Assembly (NCBI GenBank): GCA_000004695.1
Contig: CM000153.2
Coordinates: 1,280,001-1,344,000, forward strand
Reading direction: 5' to 3'
Origin: Dictyostelium discoideum
Lineage: Eukaryota
DNA: 64,000 nt
How positions within the stretch are numbered: position 1 is the first letter of the stretch; each line of letters begins with the position of its first letter. The translations under genes were made by a program, and so were the position numbers. A model generated the notes under the pieces. It worked only from the letters and a program-made list of their open reading frames with translations, had not been told where the DNA came from and ran no database searches. Below are positions 45,701 to 62,150 of the stretch, in pieces.

Positions 45701-48700
45701 TAAATGATAACCATTGTTTGTAGTTTTCTAAATAATAATCTTCATCTATTGATGTTTGAATGAAATTTGTATCTAAAATTAACAAATGACCGTTTGGAGT
45801 TAAAATTTCATTTATAAATGAAATTGATGTTTTAATATCTTTAATTTGATTTGTTGTATTTGATAGAATAATTAAATCATAATAAGATGGTGAAAATGAT
45901 TGTTCTTGTAATTGTTTGTTTAAATCAATAATTTTAAAGAAACAACTCTTTTTTGAATTAAATAATCTTTCTTTAATTAATAATACTTTTGAATCGGTAT
46001 AATCTGAAAATACAAATTCTATATCAATGTTATATGATGGATTATCATTTAAAATTGATTCTAATTTATCATTGATTAGTTTAGTTAATTCACCAACACC
46101 ACATCCAATTTCTAAAATTCTAAAAACTATTTTTTCATTTACGATTGGAATAATTGATTTTGAAATTATATCTAAAATTAATTGATGTTGATAAATACCA
46201 ATATGTGAAATACCTTTATTTGAAACAATAGTATCAAGAACTAATAATTCGTTTGGAATGTTATTCAAGAGAAAGTTTGAAACTTGGTTTTGATCAATAT
46301 GTTTGTGATGTGTTAATAAAAAGTTGATTGATAAGAAGATTAAATTGGATCTGAAAGTACTAGCTTCTTGAATCTCTTCCAAGATATATGAATATTTTCC
46401 GATAAACTCTTCAAGTGAACCATTTTGAAATTCATCAGTGGTTAGGTTATTCAATATTTTCTTTAATGTGGAAAAAAGATAAGAGGATAGAGTAGATATT
46501 GAAATGATATTTGATTGTTGAAGTTGAAGTTGTTGATTAAAATATTCTTTCAATATTAATGGTGATTGTAAAATTGAATCTTTTGGTTGAAGACATTGTG
46601 AAAATAATTGATTGTTTGGACATTCAATATTAGTATCAATATTTGTTGATAGAGTAGATGCAATTGTTACCAATGGAGAATGTAATAGAACAGTGCCATC
46701 TTTTAAGAAGCAAGTTGTTTTAAAATAAATAAAATCACTATATTTTTTAATAAGTTCAACATAACAGTAAACGTATTGTTGCTTCACTCTATCTTCTGCA
46801 GTTAATGGAACACTTGAAGAATAAATTTTTAAATGTTCAATTCTTTCAAAAACAGACGAAGCTGGGTTATCAAAGAAAATACATGGATGTATACATGTAT
46901 CAATAATGCAAATATTTAAAAATGATTCATTATCATAGCTTGAAGTTGGATCCAATGAAACTTTACACAAGCATCTATTATCACCATATGAAGCTTCTTC
47001 AATTCTTTGAAATGATTCTAATAGTGAAATGTTTGAATAGTTTTTAATTAAATCATATAATTGTTCTCTTTTCAAAGTTGACCAATTACATTGATCACGT
47101 ATTGATTGAACATCAACTTTTTTAACTGTTACATCTAAACTTTTCATTAAAATTCTACTATTTGCAGATTGGATCCATTTACCACTTGTTTGATCTTTAA
47201 AATTAAATGTTGCTCTATATTCATTCTTTGCACTTTTGTAGAGATTAGTTGTAAGAGTTTTTTTTACACCTTCAGTTAATACAAATTGTGATTTAAATTC
47301 TAAAAGTGGTATGGTTAAATCTTGATTTGGGAAAAGTTTTAAAATAATATCCAAATAACCAACTCCTGGGAAAAGTGATTTACCACGAAATTGATGATCT
47401 TTTAAGAATCTAAATGGTTCTTCTTTAATATCGATATATGATGTATATGATATATGTGGTGATAATTCATTTTTATTACCAAGTTGATTTATTGATGCTC
47501 CATTTTTTCTATTATTTATTGATGAAATACCTTCTCTCCAAAATAATGATTCATCCCATTGATAATGTGGTATTAGATATGAGCATTTCTTGAATGAATT
47601 TGATGTTATTTCCGATTTAAATTGGGCACTAAAATCAATATTGTAACCAAAACAATAAAGTTGTGAAATTGTTGATTGAATTTCGTTGATATCTTCTTTT
47701 TTCTTATTTAATGATGATAATACACTTATTGAATCTTTGTTTAAAAAGTAATTTGAATTCTTTGGAATCATTTCTTTAACATAATGGTTTAAAGTTGGAT
47801 GAGGTGATAATTCTAAAAATATTACTGAATTACCTAAATCATTTGATTCAATATATTTGAATATGTTTTCAATGGTTTGTTGAAATAATACTGGCTTTCT
47901 TATATTGTCAAATATATAATTTGAATCATAAGGTGTATTTTTATCGAATTTATTTGATGTGACTGTTGAAAATATTGTTATAGAAGGTGGTCTTGATTGA
48001 ATATGATTGGTTGATTCTATGATTTCATCTTTGATTATATCTTGTTTTGATGAATGAAATGCTGATGATGTACCTAATAAAGAGTTGAATATTTGTTTCT
48101 CTTTTAATGATTTTGAAATATTTAATATATCAAGTTCATTACCACATACAACGATTGATGATGGTGAGTTAAAACATGAAATTTCAATTTCTGGATATTC
48201 CTTTGAAAATTGATTATTGAATTCTTCAAGATTTAAACTAATTGCTAAAAGTCTTCCAGATCCATTGGTTTTATTTTGAATGGTTGCTCTTTTATATATC
48301 ACGAAGCATGCTGTTTCTAAATCAATCATGCCTGAACAAAATGCACTGGCTACTTCTCCTAAACTATGGCCAACTATTATAGATGGTGTGATTCCCCAAT
48401 GCAAATATAATTTATATAATGATATTTGAATCATAAATATAGATGGTAGAGCTAATATTGGTTCATTAATTAGAATTGGATCATCATTAATTGATCTTAG
48501 TTTTTGAATGATTGAATATCCAAAATATTTAAATAGTATTGAATCTAATAAATCCATGAATTCTTTGAATATTGGTTCATTTTGATATAAATTTAAACCC
48601 ATTTTTGAATATTGAGGACCTTGACCACAAAATGAAAATACTAATGGTGGATTAATATCATTTGATTTGATAATATTACCAGATTTATTATTTTTTGTTG

Positions 48701-50597
48701 AAATAATTTCATTTATATCAATTTTTAAATCATTCCAATCGTTACCAATTAAAACTGATCTTTGTGATAATTTGGTTGTTTTTGAATAAACTTGAAACAT
48801 TGCAAACTCTTCAAAAGTTAAGCTTTCTGAATATGTATCAATTTCTTCAAGTAGTTTTGATTTGAATTGTTCGAGTGACTTCTTTGAGTTGGTTGAGATT
48901 GGTATTAATAATTTAGATTTTTCATTTAATTTCATAGATGTTTGATTTTTTATTTCTGAAGGTTTGATGTATTCAGACAATAAAACACATGCATTTGAAC
49001 CAGTTATACCAAAACTATTGATTGCCATTGATACTTGTCTATCTGGGAATGCTGTTGTTTCTGTACATACTTTAACATTCCATTCTTTGAATTTAATATT
49101 TGGATTTGGGTTATTGAAATGAATATTCTTTACAAATTGACGATGTTTAAACATTAAACAAACTTTTGCTAATGATGCTACACCTGATGCAGGTTCAAGA
49201 TGACCAATATTTGATTTAACTGATCCAATTAATAATGGTTCTTGTTTAACATTTTTAAAAATATCAGCAACAGCTTCAACTTCGATTGGATCACCTACTT
49301 GTGTACCTGTACTATGTAATTCAAAGAAATCAATATCTTGATATTTCATTGCACCATTGGATGATAAAAATGCATTTTTGATATTAGTTGATTGTGCATT
49401 TTTTGAAGGTGCAAAAAAGTTTGTTTTCTTAAAAGTACCATCTACATTTGAACTACTTCCTTTCATTACACAATAAATTTGATCACCATCTTGAATTGCA
49501 AGTGATAATCTTTTTAAAATTAATACAACAACACCTTCTGAACGTACAAAACCATCAGCAGATTCATCAAATGAATTACATCTACCAGATTTACCTGTAA
49601 TATTAATTGAATGAAATGATCTAGTAATATATGGATCTTTTTTTAGAATAATAATAATAAAAAAAATAAAAATTTTAGAAATATGAAAACTATTTTATAT
49701 ATATGTGTTACCAATATTATAATAATAATTACTTAATAATATATTACAACCAGCTACTACAGAGTAATTTGATTTACCATTAACAATTGATTCATATCCT
49801 AAATGAACTGCATTTAATGATGATGAACATGCTGTATCAAGTGTTAATGAAGTACCACGTAAATCAAAACAATATGATATTCTATTTGCAAATGCACTGA
49901 GAGTACCATTAAAAATATTGATTGGTGCTTCATTTTGTTCGAAATTAATCAAAGAATAATCAGTATTTGCGGCACCAACAAAAACAGAAGTATTGGTTCC
50001 TCTGAGTTTTAAAGGATCAATTGATGCATCTTCAAATGCTTCCCATGTTAACTTTAACATTAATTTAATTTGTGGATCAATTTGTTTAGCATCAGTTGGA
50101 TTGATTCCAAAAAACAATGGCTCAAAAGAATGCCAATTCTCTTCCAAATCAATTAATCCTGCATTCTTATTTGAGATTTCTCCAATACTATGGAGTGTGT
50201 CGCTCCATCTAAATAAAAAATAATAATTTAAAAAAAAAAAAAAAAAAGAAGATAATGATGAAAATAAAAAAAAAGAAAAAAATTAAAATAAAAAAAAAAC
50301 GGTGTGTTAGTGGTGGGTCACGATAACTTTTTTTTTTTATATTTTTATTTTTATTTTATTTTTTTTTTTTTTTTATTTTTTTTTTTTTTTTTTATAATTC
50401 CCATTTTATATTATTTATTTTTTAATTATTTTTTTTTTTTTTTTTTACCTTTGATTAGAATCAACAATTCCATCAAAACCATCAAGCAAGTTTTTCCAAA
50501 ATTCTAAAGGAGAACCCGAGTTACCTGGTAATCTTAGCCCAAGACCAACAATCGCAACTTGGTTATCATTGTTCTTTTCAAAATTTCCTTCGATCAT
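42762..50597 (-). CDS. Highly reducing iterative type I polyketide synthase, copy 2 (2,499 aa, KS-AT-DH-CMeT-ER-KR-ACP), a tandem paralogue of copy 1. Exons on the minus strand: 50597..50449, 50208..49733, 49636..42762.
   Basis: Exon lengths are identical to copy 1 (149/476/6875 nt). The main exon is about 98-99% identical at DNA level. Differences are confined to a few patches and three compensating in-frame indels. Confidence 0.9.
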
Positions 50598-51359
50598 TTT
50601 AGATTTCAATTTATATATTTATTATAAAATTTGTAACTATTGAAATGAATTATTTAATTAAGTAATTTTTTTTTTTTTTTTTTATTCTTTTGAAATATTT
50701 AAATAATATTTTTTTTTAACCTTTAAATTAAATAACCACCATTTTTTATTTTATTTATTTTATTATATTATATTATATTTTTTTCTTTAAATTAAATAAC
50801 CACCATTTAATAAAAATTTGGACAATTGCCGACAGATAATCACTCAAAAAAAAAAAAAAAAAAATTTTATTGGAATGTACCACTTGTAAGATCTTAATTT
50901 TGGGCTAAAATTTGTTTTTTGTTTTTTTTTATTTTTGTTTTTTTTATTTTTTGTTTTTTTTTATTTTTTAATTTTTTTAATTTAAATTAATTACCACACC
51001 TTTTTTATAATATCATTTTTGTTTTTTATAAAAAGTCAAAAAAAGGTTTAAACCTTTAACTTTTTTTAATTTTTTTTTAATAAAATTTGTGATTGAACCA
51101 CTTAAAATTTTTTTGTTTTTCAAATTATCTTTTTTTTACCTGTAATTGATCTTTTAATTAATCGACTCACCAATTAATTGTTGGTGATTAAATCATAAAA
51201 AATAAAAAAATAAAAAAATAAATAAAAGATAAAAACAAAATAAACCTTCCATTTAAAAAAAATTGTTGTCAAGAAAAAAAAAAGAGGAGGATAAAAAAAA
51301 AAAAAAATAATTGTTAAGAAAAAAAAAAAAAAGTTAGTAATACTATATTATTAAGAGAA
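50598..51359. promoter_or_regulatory. Bidirectional promoter region shared by PKS copy 2 and P450 copy 2.
   Basis: It has the same conserved blocks as 40137..40997. The AACCACCATT-containing unit occurs twice here, at 50734..50743 and 50797..50806. Confidence 0.55.
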
Positions 51360-52963
51360 ATGGAAATAGTTAATGTTTTATTATTTCTAATTATACTTTT
51401 CTTGGTGAAAGATTTTGTATGTATCTAAATTTTCTATATTTTAGAAATAATTAAAATTACTTAATTAATTCTTTACAAAAAAAAAAAAGGTTAAAAAAAA
51501 TAAGAAAATTCATACAAAATCTCCAAGTGGACCAATTGCATTTCCTATTCTTGGAAATGTTGTTCAAATTAGATTTTGGGAATTATTCAAAATTCAAGAA
51601 CATGAATTAATTGGTAATTATAGTAAAAAATATAATGGTGTTGTAAGAGCATGGATTGGAGAAAGATTATTTTTATTTGTTTCAAATTATGATGTTGTAA
51701 AGTATTTTCAAAAAGATGAAAATTTCCTTTACAGACCATCACTTTTAGTTCCAGGTTGGAGATATGCTTCAAGTAATGGATTAGGTGTAATGAGCTCATC
51801 TGATGACGAATGGAAAAGAGCAAAATCAAGTGTTTCTCAATCATTAAGAGTTCATACATCTAAAAAATTAATGGAAGAAAAAGCAATTGAATTTATTGAT
51901 TCACTTGAAAAAATTTCAAATAATAATGAAATTGTAGGTTTTTTTTTAAAGAAATAATAATTACAATTAAAATTATTGATAACATATTAATTTATTAAAT
52001 AATTATTTTAAGTTTTATCCAAAAGGACATATTCAAGGATATGCTTGTTCAATGTTATTCAAATATATGTTTAATCAAGATTTATCAGTTGAAAGTGGCA
52101 TGTCAAGAACTATTGGTAATGCAGTTGAACATGTTTTTGGTAATCTTTCAAAATTAACTGCATTTGATTGTTTTGAAATTTTCTCACCACTTTATGATTG
52201 GTTCTTTACAAGAAGATTAAAAGGTTGCGATATCGTTAGACAAATAATCAGTAGTCAAAATGAAAATCATTTAAAGTCAATTGATCCAAGTAAACCAAGA
52301 GATTTAATGGATGATTTGTTAATTGAATATGGATTAAATGAAATCACTAAAGAAGATACAATGCAAATCAATCAAATTTGTTTTGATATTTTTGGACCAG
52401 CCGTTGGTACAGTTACAATCACAATGAATTGGGTAATTTTACAATTATGTAATCGTCCAGAACTTCAAGAGATTGCATATCAAGAAATTAAAAAAGCTGT
52501 CAAAGATGATGAATATGTCAATTTGAATCATAAACAAAATGCCCCTTATATCGTTGCCTTTATTAAAGAAACAATGAGACTTTGTTCAAATGGATTTGGT
52601 TTACCAAGAACTGCTAAAAATGATCAAATTTGTGGTGATTTTTTCATTCCAAAAGATGCTATTATTTTTATTAATTATTTAGAAATTAGTCAAAATGAAG
52701 AAATCTTTAAAAATGCCAAAGAATTTAACCCAACTCGTTATTTAGATGAATCACTTCCTGTACCAAATATTCACTTTGGTGTTGGTCAAAGAGCATGTCC
52801 TGGTCGTTTTGTCGCAATCGATAAAATGTTTCTTGGAATTTCAAATTTACTTTTAAAGTATAAATTAAAATCTCAAAATGGTGAAAAAATTGATGATACA
52901 ATTCATTTTAGTGTTTCTTTAAAAGCAAAAGATTATGGAATAAAATTAGAAAAGAGAATTTAG
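51360..52963 (+). CDS. Cytochrome P450 monooxygenase, copy 2 (482 aa). Exons 51360..51416, 51490..51933, 52013..52963.
   Basis: Same exon structure and phases as copy 1. Exon 3 is identical in protein sequence except for 3 residues near the C-terminus. Exon 2 carries 10 substitutions and exon 1 carries 2. Confidence 0.85.
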
Positions 52964-53064
52964 AACAATAAAAATAATTGTATTTAATTCAAATTATTAT
53001 CCCAATTCATTGATTTAAATAATTATTATTAATAAAGACTTTTTTTAAAAAAAAAATTATTTTT

Positions 53065-53103
<39 letters not shown>

Positions 53104-53703
53104 TCTATTTATTTATTTTTTAACCCTATTTTTTTTTTTTTTTTTTATATTTTCATTTTTGCTAACAAATGTGTAATCTATTAAAAAGAGATAATTTGAA
53201 ATTATTATTTTTAATATTTATTATAGAAATATATAATAATAAAAATAATAATAAAAATTTCGCACAATCATTGTTATTATTATTTCTATAATAAATAGGG
53301 AATTTAATTCAAATAGCCTTTGTGGATAACTAAATATGTTATGTTGAACTTCATTAATTTATAAAAATAAAAAAAAAAAAAAAAAAAAAAAAAAATAAAA
53401 ACAAATTAAGAATTTCCAACTTTATTAATAAAAAATATAATATCGGTAAAGTTGAAGGGGTATTTAAAAAATTTCAACATTGCTCGACCCCTCTTCAACT
53501 TAATCGGTATTTAATTTTTTTTTTTTTACTCTATGTTGTTAGTGGTAAAATTAAAATAAAAATAAAAAAATAAAAATAAAAATAAAAATAAAAATAAAAA
53601 TAAAAATAAAAACAATGGTGTTGTTTAAAGATTTAAGTTTTTTTTTGTTTTTTTTTTTTTTTTTTAATACATATTTTTTAAAATTCTAATACAAATAAAA
53701 TAA

Positions 53704-54645
53704 ATGTCAAATACTTCAAGTGATAATTATAAAGTTTGGTTCATAACTGGAGTTACAGGTGGAGCAGGTAAAGCATTAGCATCTAGATTATTAGAAATTG
53801 GAGGTTATAAAGTTGCAGGTACATCCAGAAGTAAAGAGAAATTAAATTCTTTAGATGGTAGTTTAATATCAAATAAGGATTTCCTTAGATTACAAGTAAA
53901 TTTAATTGATGAGAAAAATGTAAAGGAATCAATTGAAGAAACCATAAAGAAATTCGGTAAAATTGATATTATTGTAAATAATGCCGGACAATCAATATTT
54001 GGTAGTGTTGAAGAGATTACTGATAAAGAACAAAGGTTATTAATGGATGTATTGTATTTCGGTCCTTGTAATGTAATTCGTTCAGTTTTACCTCATTTTA
54101 GAAAGAGAAAATCCGGTTTAATCTTCAACATCTCTTCAGTTATTGGTGGTGATCCTACCAATAATGTACCCTTCTTTTCTGGATATTGTGCTGGTAAATC
54201 TGCAATTCACTCAATGACTCAATGTCTCAGGGAAGAGGTTAAACAATTTAATATTAATGTGTGTTGCATCCTTTTAGGTTATTTAAAAACCAGTTTCAGT
54301 AGTCCATTAACAACTAATCAAATTAAAGACTATAATCTTAAAGAGAAAGCCAATGATATGAATAAACAATTCCAAAATAATACACCAGAATCACCAATTA
54401 ATTTTGCTAATTTTATCATTGAAAATTCAAAACATTCAAATATTCCCCAAACAATCCAATTTGGTAAAAATCCATACCATAATCCAAATAATTCAAATAA
54501 TCCAAATAATAATAATAAACCATCTTATCCTCATCAAAAAGTAAGAGTTAATCAAGATCTTCCAAAGCAATTTGATAAAGATATTGCAAATTTACCAGAA
54601 TTAACTGATGGTAATATTCATATGCCTTATATTTTACATGAATAA
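53704..54645 (+). CDS. Short-chain dehydrogenase/reductase (classical SDR), 313 aa.
   Basis: Cofactor motif ITGVTGGAGKA (TGxxxGxG). NNAG motif. Ser (SSVIGG) and YCAGK (YxxxK) catalytic residues. Single exon. It lies immediately downstream of the duplicated PKS/P450 module. Confidence 0.8.
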   Translation: MSNTSSDNYKVWFITGVTGGAGKALASRLLEIGGYKVAGTSRSKEKLNSLDGSLISNKDFLRLQVNLIDEKNVKESIEETIKKFGKIDIIVNNAGQSIFGSVEEITDKEQRLLMDVLYFGPCNVIRSVLPHFRKRKSGLIFNISSVIGGDPTNNVPFFSGYCAGKSAIHSMTQCLREEVKQFNINVCCILLGYLKTSFSSPLTTNQIKDYNLKEKANDMNKQFQNNTPESPINFANFIIENSKHSNIPQTIQFGKNPYHNPNNSNNPNNNNKPSYPHQKVRVNQDLPKQFDKDIANLPELTDGNIHMPYILHE

Positions 54646-55184
54646 ATAAAATCTTATTTCATAAAGATATAAATTAAATAAATTGGTCCCCACAATTTCT
54701 ATTTTTTTTTTTTTAATGTTTTTAATTATATTCCTTTTTTATCAATTTAATGTAAAGAAACCATCATTTATTCATTTCAATGTATTATTAAATATTTATT
54801 TAAATAGTATTATTTATTTATTTATTATTATAAATTAATTATTCTAAATATAGTAAATTAGTTATTATTATATAATTATATTTCTTAAAAATAGTAATAT
54901 AAAATTAATATAATATAATATTAATATAAAATTATTTATTTCCAAAGATTATTATATTCAATTAAAAAATTAATAATCTTATTAATTTTTTAGTTAATTC
55001 TATCAACTCATTTTTAATAGTATTAATTAAAATTTTTATTTTTATTTTTATAATATAAACAAATAAAAGAATAAAAAGATAAAATTCAATATTAAATTAT
55101 ATAAATTTCAAAGATAATAATTATAAAGGAAGACCACTTCTGTTAAAATAAGTAATATAAGTTATTATTTCTTTACAGTTATTA

Positions 55185-55215
<31 letters not shown>

Positions 55216-55604
55216 TTAATATTTATATAAAATATATTCCCTACTCTTTTTTCTTCAAAATAAAAAAATAATTACAAAAAATTAACCATAATTAAAAATA
55301 AAAGAAGGGATTTGAAATGAATGTGTCATATGACGATCGATTTCTTTGGTTTTTATTTTTTATTTTTTTTATTTTTTATTTTTAATTTTCAAATTGTTTT
55401 GGTTAATATGGTGGTGTTTTGTGAAAATTATTATTTGAAAAAAAAAAAATAGTCGCAACACGAAGAAAAAAAAATAAAAAAAAAATAAAAAAAAAAATAA
55501 AAATTAAAATTAAAAAAAAAAAAATAATAAAAAAAAATAAAAAAAAATAAAAAAAAAAAAAAATTTTGAAGATAATTCTTTTTTAATTGCACATAAAATT
55601 TTAA

Positions 55605-55618
55605 CACACACACACACA
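55605..55618. repeat. (CA)7 microsatellite in the intergenic region upstream of the Sec1-family gene.
   Basis: Seen directly in the sequence. Confidence 0.8.
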
Positions 55619-55850
55619 GATACAATAATTATCTTGTATATTAAATATATAAAAACAAATAATAAACAAATAATATTTTTAAAAAAAAAAAAAATAAAAA
55701 ATTTAAAAGAGCTACTTTTTTTTTTTTAAAAATAAACAACAAACTTTTTTTTTTTTTTTTGAAGTTTGTTTATATATAATAAATAATAAAATAAATTCCC
55801 AAGTTCATATAGTAGTAATAATAGTTATAAATAATAATAATAAATTAAAA

Positions 55851-57901
55851 ATGGCAACAAGTTTAAGAGAGCTTTGTAAAGATAGAATTTTAAATGAAAT
55901 GGTTAGAACTATTACACCAGAAGCAAGTAATGGTTGGAAAGCTTTGATTGTAGATCAAGATTCACTTAGAGTTATTTCAGCATGTTGCGGAATGTTTGAT
56001 ATTATGGAAGAGAAAGTTACAGGTAATATTATTTTATTTTATTATTATCTTCATTTCTTATAGAATATTTATTTTATAAAAATATTATAATATATTAATT
56101 ATTATTATTATTATTTAAAAAAAAGTTGTTGAAAAAATTGATAATCCAAGACAACGTCTACCAAATTTAGAAGCAATTTATTTTCTTACACCAACTGCAC
56201 AATCAATTGATTTATTAATTAATGATTTTAAAAAGAAATCTAGCCCACATTATTTAGCAATTCACTTATTTTTAACTTCAAGTAAATTATCTTTTTTTAA
56301 AAAAAAAAAAAAAAAAAAGAGAAATATTTAATATGATTTTAACAAATACATATATATTTTTTTTTTTTTTTTTTTGATTTTAACATATACATATATATAT
56401 TTTTTTTTTTTTTTTATTATTAAAAATTTTAGAATTACCAGAAGTAGAATTTAAAAAATTATCAGCGTCATTAGCAGTACATAGAATTAAAACATTTAAA
56501 GAGATTAATTTAGAATTTTTAGCGATTGAAAGTCAAGCATTTCATTTAGATCAAAATAATACATTATTTCAATTATTTTCACCAGATTCAATCGATCCAA
56601 CAGAGGAGCAAGCAAAGATTGCAACACGTTTAGTATCGTTATGTGTATCATTGAATGAATGTCCAATCATTCGTTTCTCACGTAGTCATCCAGTATCAGC
56701 AATGATTGCAGGTTTTACACAAGAGAAATTGGATAATGTTATGAGAACGGTCAAATCATTCAAACCAAACGATGACCGTTCAACATTATTAATTTTAGAT
56801 CGTACTCAAGATCCATTAGCACCATTAATTCACGAATTTTCATATCAAGCAATGGTTTATGATCTCTTTGATATTGAAAATGATAAATTTTCATTCGATA
56901 CAGTCACAAATGCTGGCGCCACATTAAAGAAGGATGTATTATTGGGTGAAACGGATTATATGTGGTCTGGTTTACGTCATCAACATATTGCTGATGTCTC
57001 CACCAATTTAACAACCCGTTTAGATGAATTTTTGAAAACTAATCAAGTATCACAATATGGTCAACATACTGGTTCCTTAAAGGAGGCAGGTGAGGTTGTA
57101 CGTTCCTTACCACAATATCAAGAGATGATGGGTAAATACTCTGTACACATCAATTTAGCAGATCGTGCCTCTGCCAAATTCCCAGAGCTCGAACAGTTGG
57201 CATACCTCGAACAAGATTTAGCAACAGGTGAGGATGCCAATGGTAATTCTCCAAAGAATGTCACAGGTCGTCTTTCAAATTATTTATCAGATTTCTCTGC
57301 AGAGAAGTATAATAAAATTCGTTTATTGATGATGTATATCATTAGTCAAGATGGTATCAAGGAGGAAGATCGTCGTAGATTAATGGAAATGGCTGGTATC
57401 TCTCAAAGTGAACAAAATGCTTTCACAAATTTACGTTATCTTGGTGTGACACTAATGAAAGGTGCCAAAGGTAAGAAACCAATTTCACCTCCAAAGAATA
57501 GAAAATCAGAGTCTGGTAATGTACCTTATGAGGTATCTCGTTACGTTCCTGTAGTAAAGGATATCGCTGAGAATATTATCAATGAAACTTTACCAAGCAC
57601 AGATTTCCCATTCGTAAAAGAGGAACCAATCGCTCGTGCCACAAATGCACCAGTCTCAAAGGTTTCCCTTAAAGGTAAATCAAAACAACCACGTTGGGCT
57701 GACCCAAATGTACAAGTTGAAGAAACTAAATACTCTGGTTCCAAATTAATCATTTTCGTCATTGGTGGTATGACTTTTTCTGAAATGAGATCAATCTATG
57801 AATTATCTTCTCATTATAAAAAGAATATTTATATTGGTTCTACAAATATTTTATTACCAAAGAAATATATTGATCAATTATTAACTTTAAAAAATGAATA
57901 A
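55851..57901 (+). CDS. Sec1/Munc18-family syntaxin-binding protein (Sec1/Munc18-type rather than Vps45, Sly1 or Vps33), about 598 aa. Exons 55851..56022, 56126..56281, 56433..57901.
   Basis: Collinear matches to Munc18: WKALIVDQDSLRVISACCGMFDIMEE, RQRLPNLEAIYFLTPT, LILDRTQDPLAPLIHEFSYQAMVYDL, SLPQYQEMMGKYSVHINLA, KIRLLMMYII and KLIIFVIGGMTFSEMRSIYEL. Donors are GTAATA(56023) and GTAAAT(56282); both introns are phase 1. Confidence 0.85.
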
Positions 57902-58241
57902 AAAAAAAAAATAAAAAAAAAATTTTAAAACATATAATAAGTAGGAAAAAAAACAATATTTATTTGTTTATTTTTTTTTTTTACGCACTTTAAACCTATT
58001 TATATAATTAATTTTTAAGCATTATTATTTTTTTTATCATTTTTTTTTTTTTTTTCATAAACTAAATCCGGATCTCTGGATAATTAATAAAAATAAAACC
58101 TATCTTAACATTTCTTCGAAAAAATGTTTTTTTTTTAATTTCTATTATTTTTTTATTTTTTTTTTTTTATTTATTTTTTTTTTTATTTATTTTTTTTTTA
58201 TTTTTTTTATTTTTTTTTTTTTATATATTTTTTAAAATTAA

Positions 58242-61418
<3,177 letters not shown>

Positions 61419-61553
61419 ATATGAAATAAACTAAAATCAAATATTTCATATTTATGGATAACAAATACTCAATTTTTAATTCTCTAAAAAAGATGGGTTA
61501 TTAATATTTTTTTTGTTTTTTTTTTTTGAATGTTTTTTATTTTTAGTTATTTC

Positions 61554-61585
<32 letters not shown>

Positions 61586-61706
61586 TTTCCCAAAAACTCA
61601 TATTTATTAAATATCGTGTGAATTGATAAAACCAATAAATGAAACAATATTTTATAAAAGAAAAAAAAAAATTTTTATGTTTTTTATTTTATTTTATTTT
61701 ATTTTA

Positions 61707-62150
61707 TTACAATTTTTTTAAATTTGCAAAGACATAAATTAACCCAAAAATATATGGAATAACAATATATGCAGTTGCAAGTAATAGAGAGATAAATGCA
61801 ATTTTTCTAACTTTGCAAATGGGTGATCTTAAATAAAAAATATTGAAAAAAAGTGGAAATAAAAAAAAGATACTATTGGAGATGTACATTAATAAAAATT
61901 AATACATATTTATATGAAATTATTATTATTATCAATATTATTTGTCAATTTAAAATATTTACCCTAAAATAAAAAATGTAAGTGAGTAAATATAATCATT
62001 TTTATATTTTTCTTGAATATGTGTTGTAGGTTTAATGCCATTTGGGTATTGTTGTTTTTCATGATAGGTATGTGGTTGTAATGGATAAAAATATTTTGAT
62101 GATGATTCTTGGATTAGAGGCGTTTGGATATCTAATTGATAGTTAGACAT
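61707..62150 (-). CDS. Small hypothetical membrane protein, about 120 aa, probably 2 exons with hydrophobic C-terminal segments.
   Basis: The minus ORF MSNYQLDIQTPLIQESSSKYFYPLQPHTYHEKQQYPNGIKPTTHIQEKYKNDYIYSLTFFILG ends at …TTAGG|GTAAAT. The acceptor ccaatag| joins in frame to IFFLFPLFFNIFYLRSPICKVRKIAFISLLLATAYIVIPYIFGLIYVFANLKKL*. I found no homology signal. Confidence 0.35.

Larger units (their letters stand above)
42716..53000. repeat. Tandem duplication unit 2 (about 10.3 kb).
   Basis: See unit 1. Similarity ends about 40 nt after the P450 copy-2 stop (52963). Confidence 0.85.

Noticed and set aside
55431-55625. Minus ORF 55431..55625 and other short ORFs in A/T-homopolymer spacers (e.g. 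8960..9202, 17091..17373, 50304..50507)
   Set aside because: They are Lys/Phe-rich translations of poly-A/T tracts. There is no codon-usage signal.
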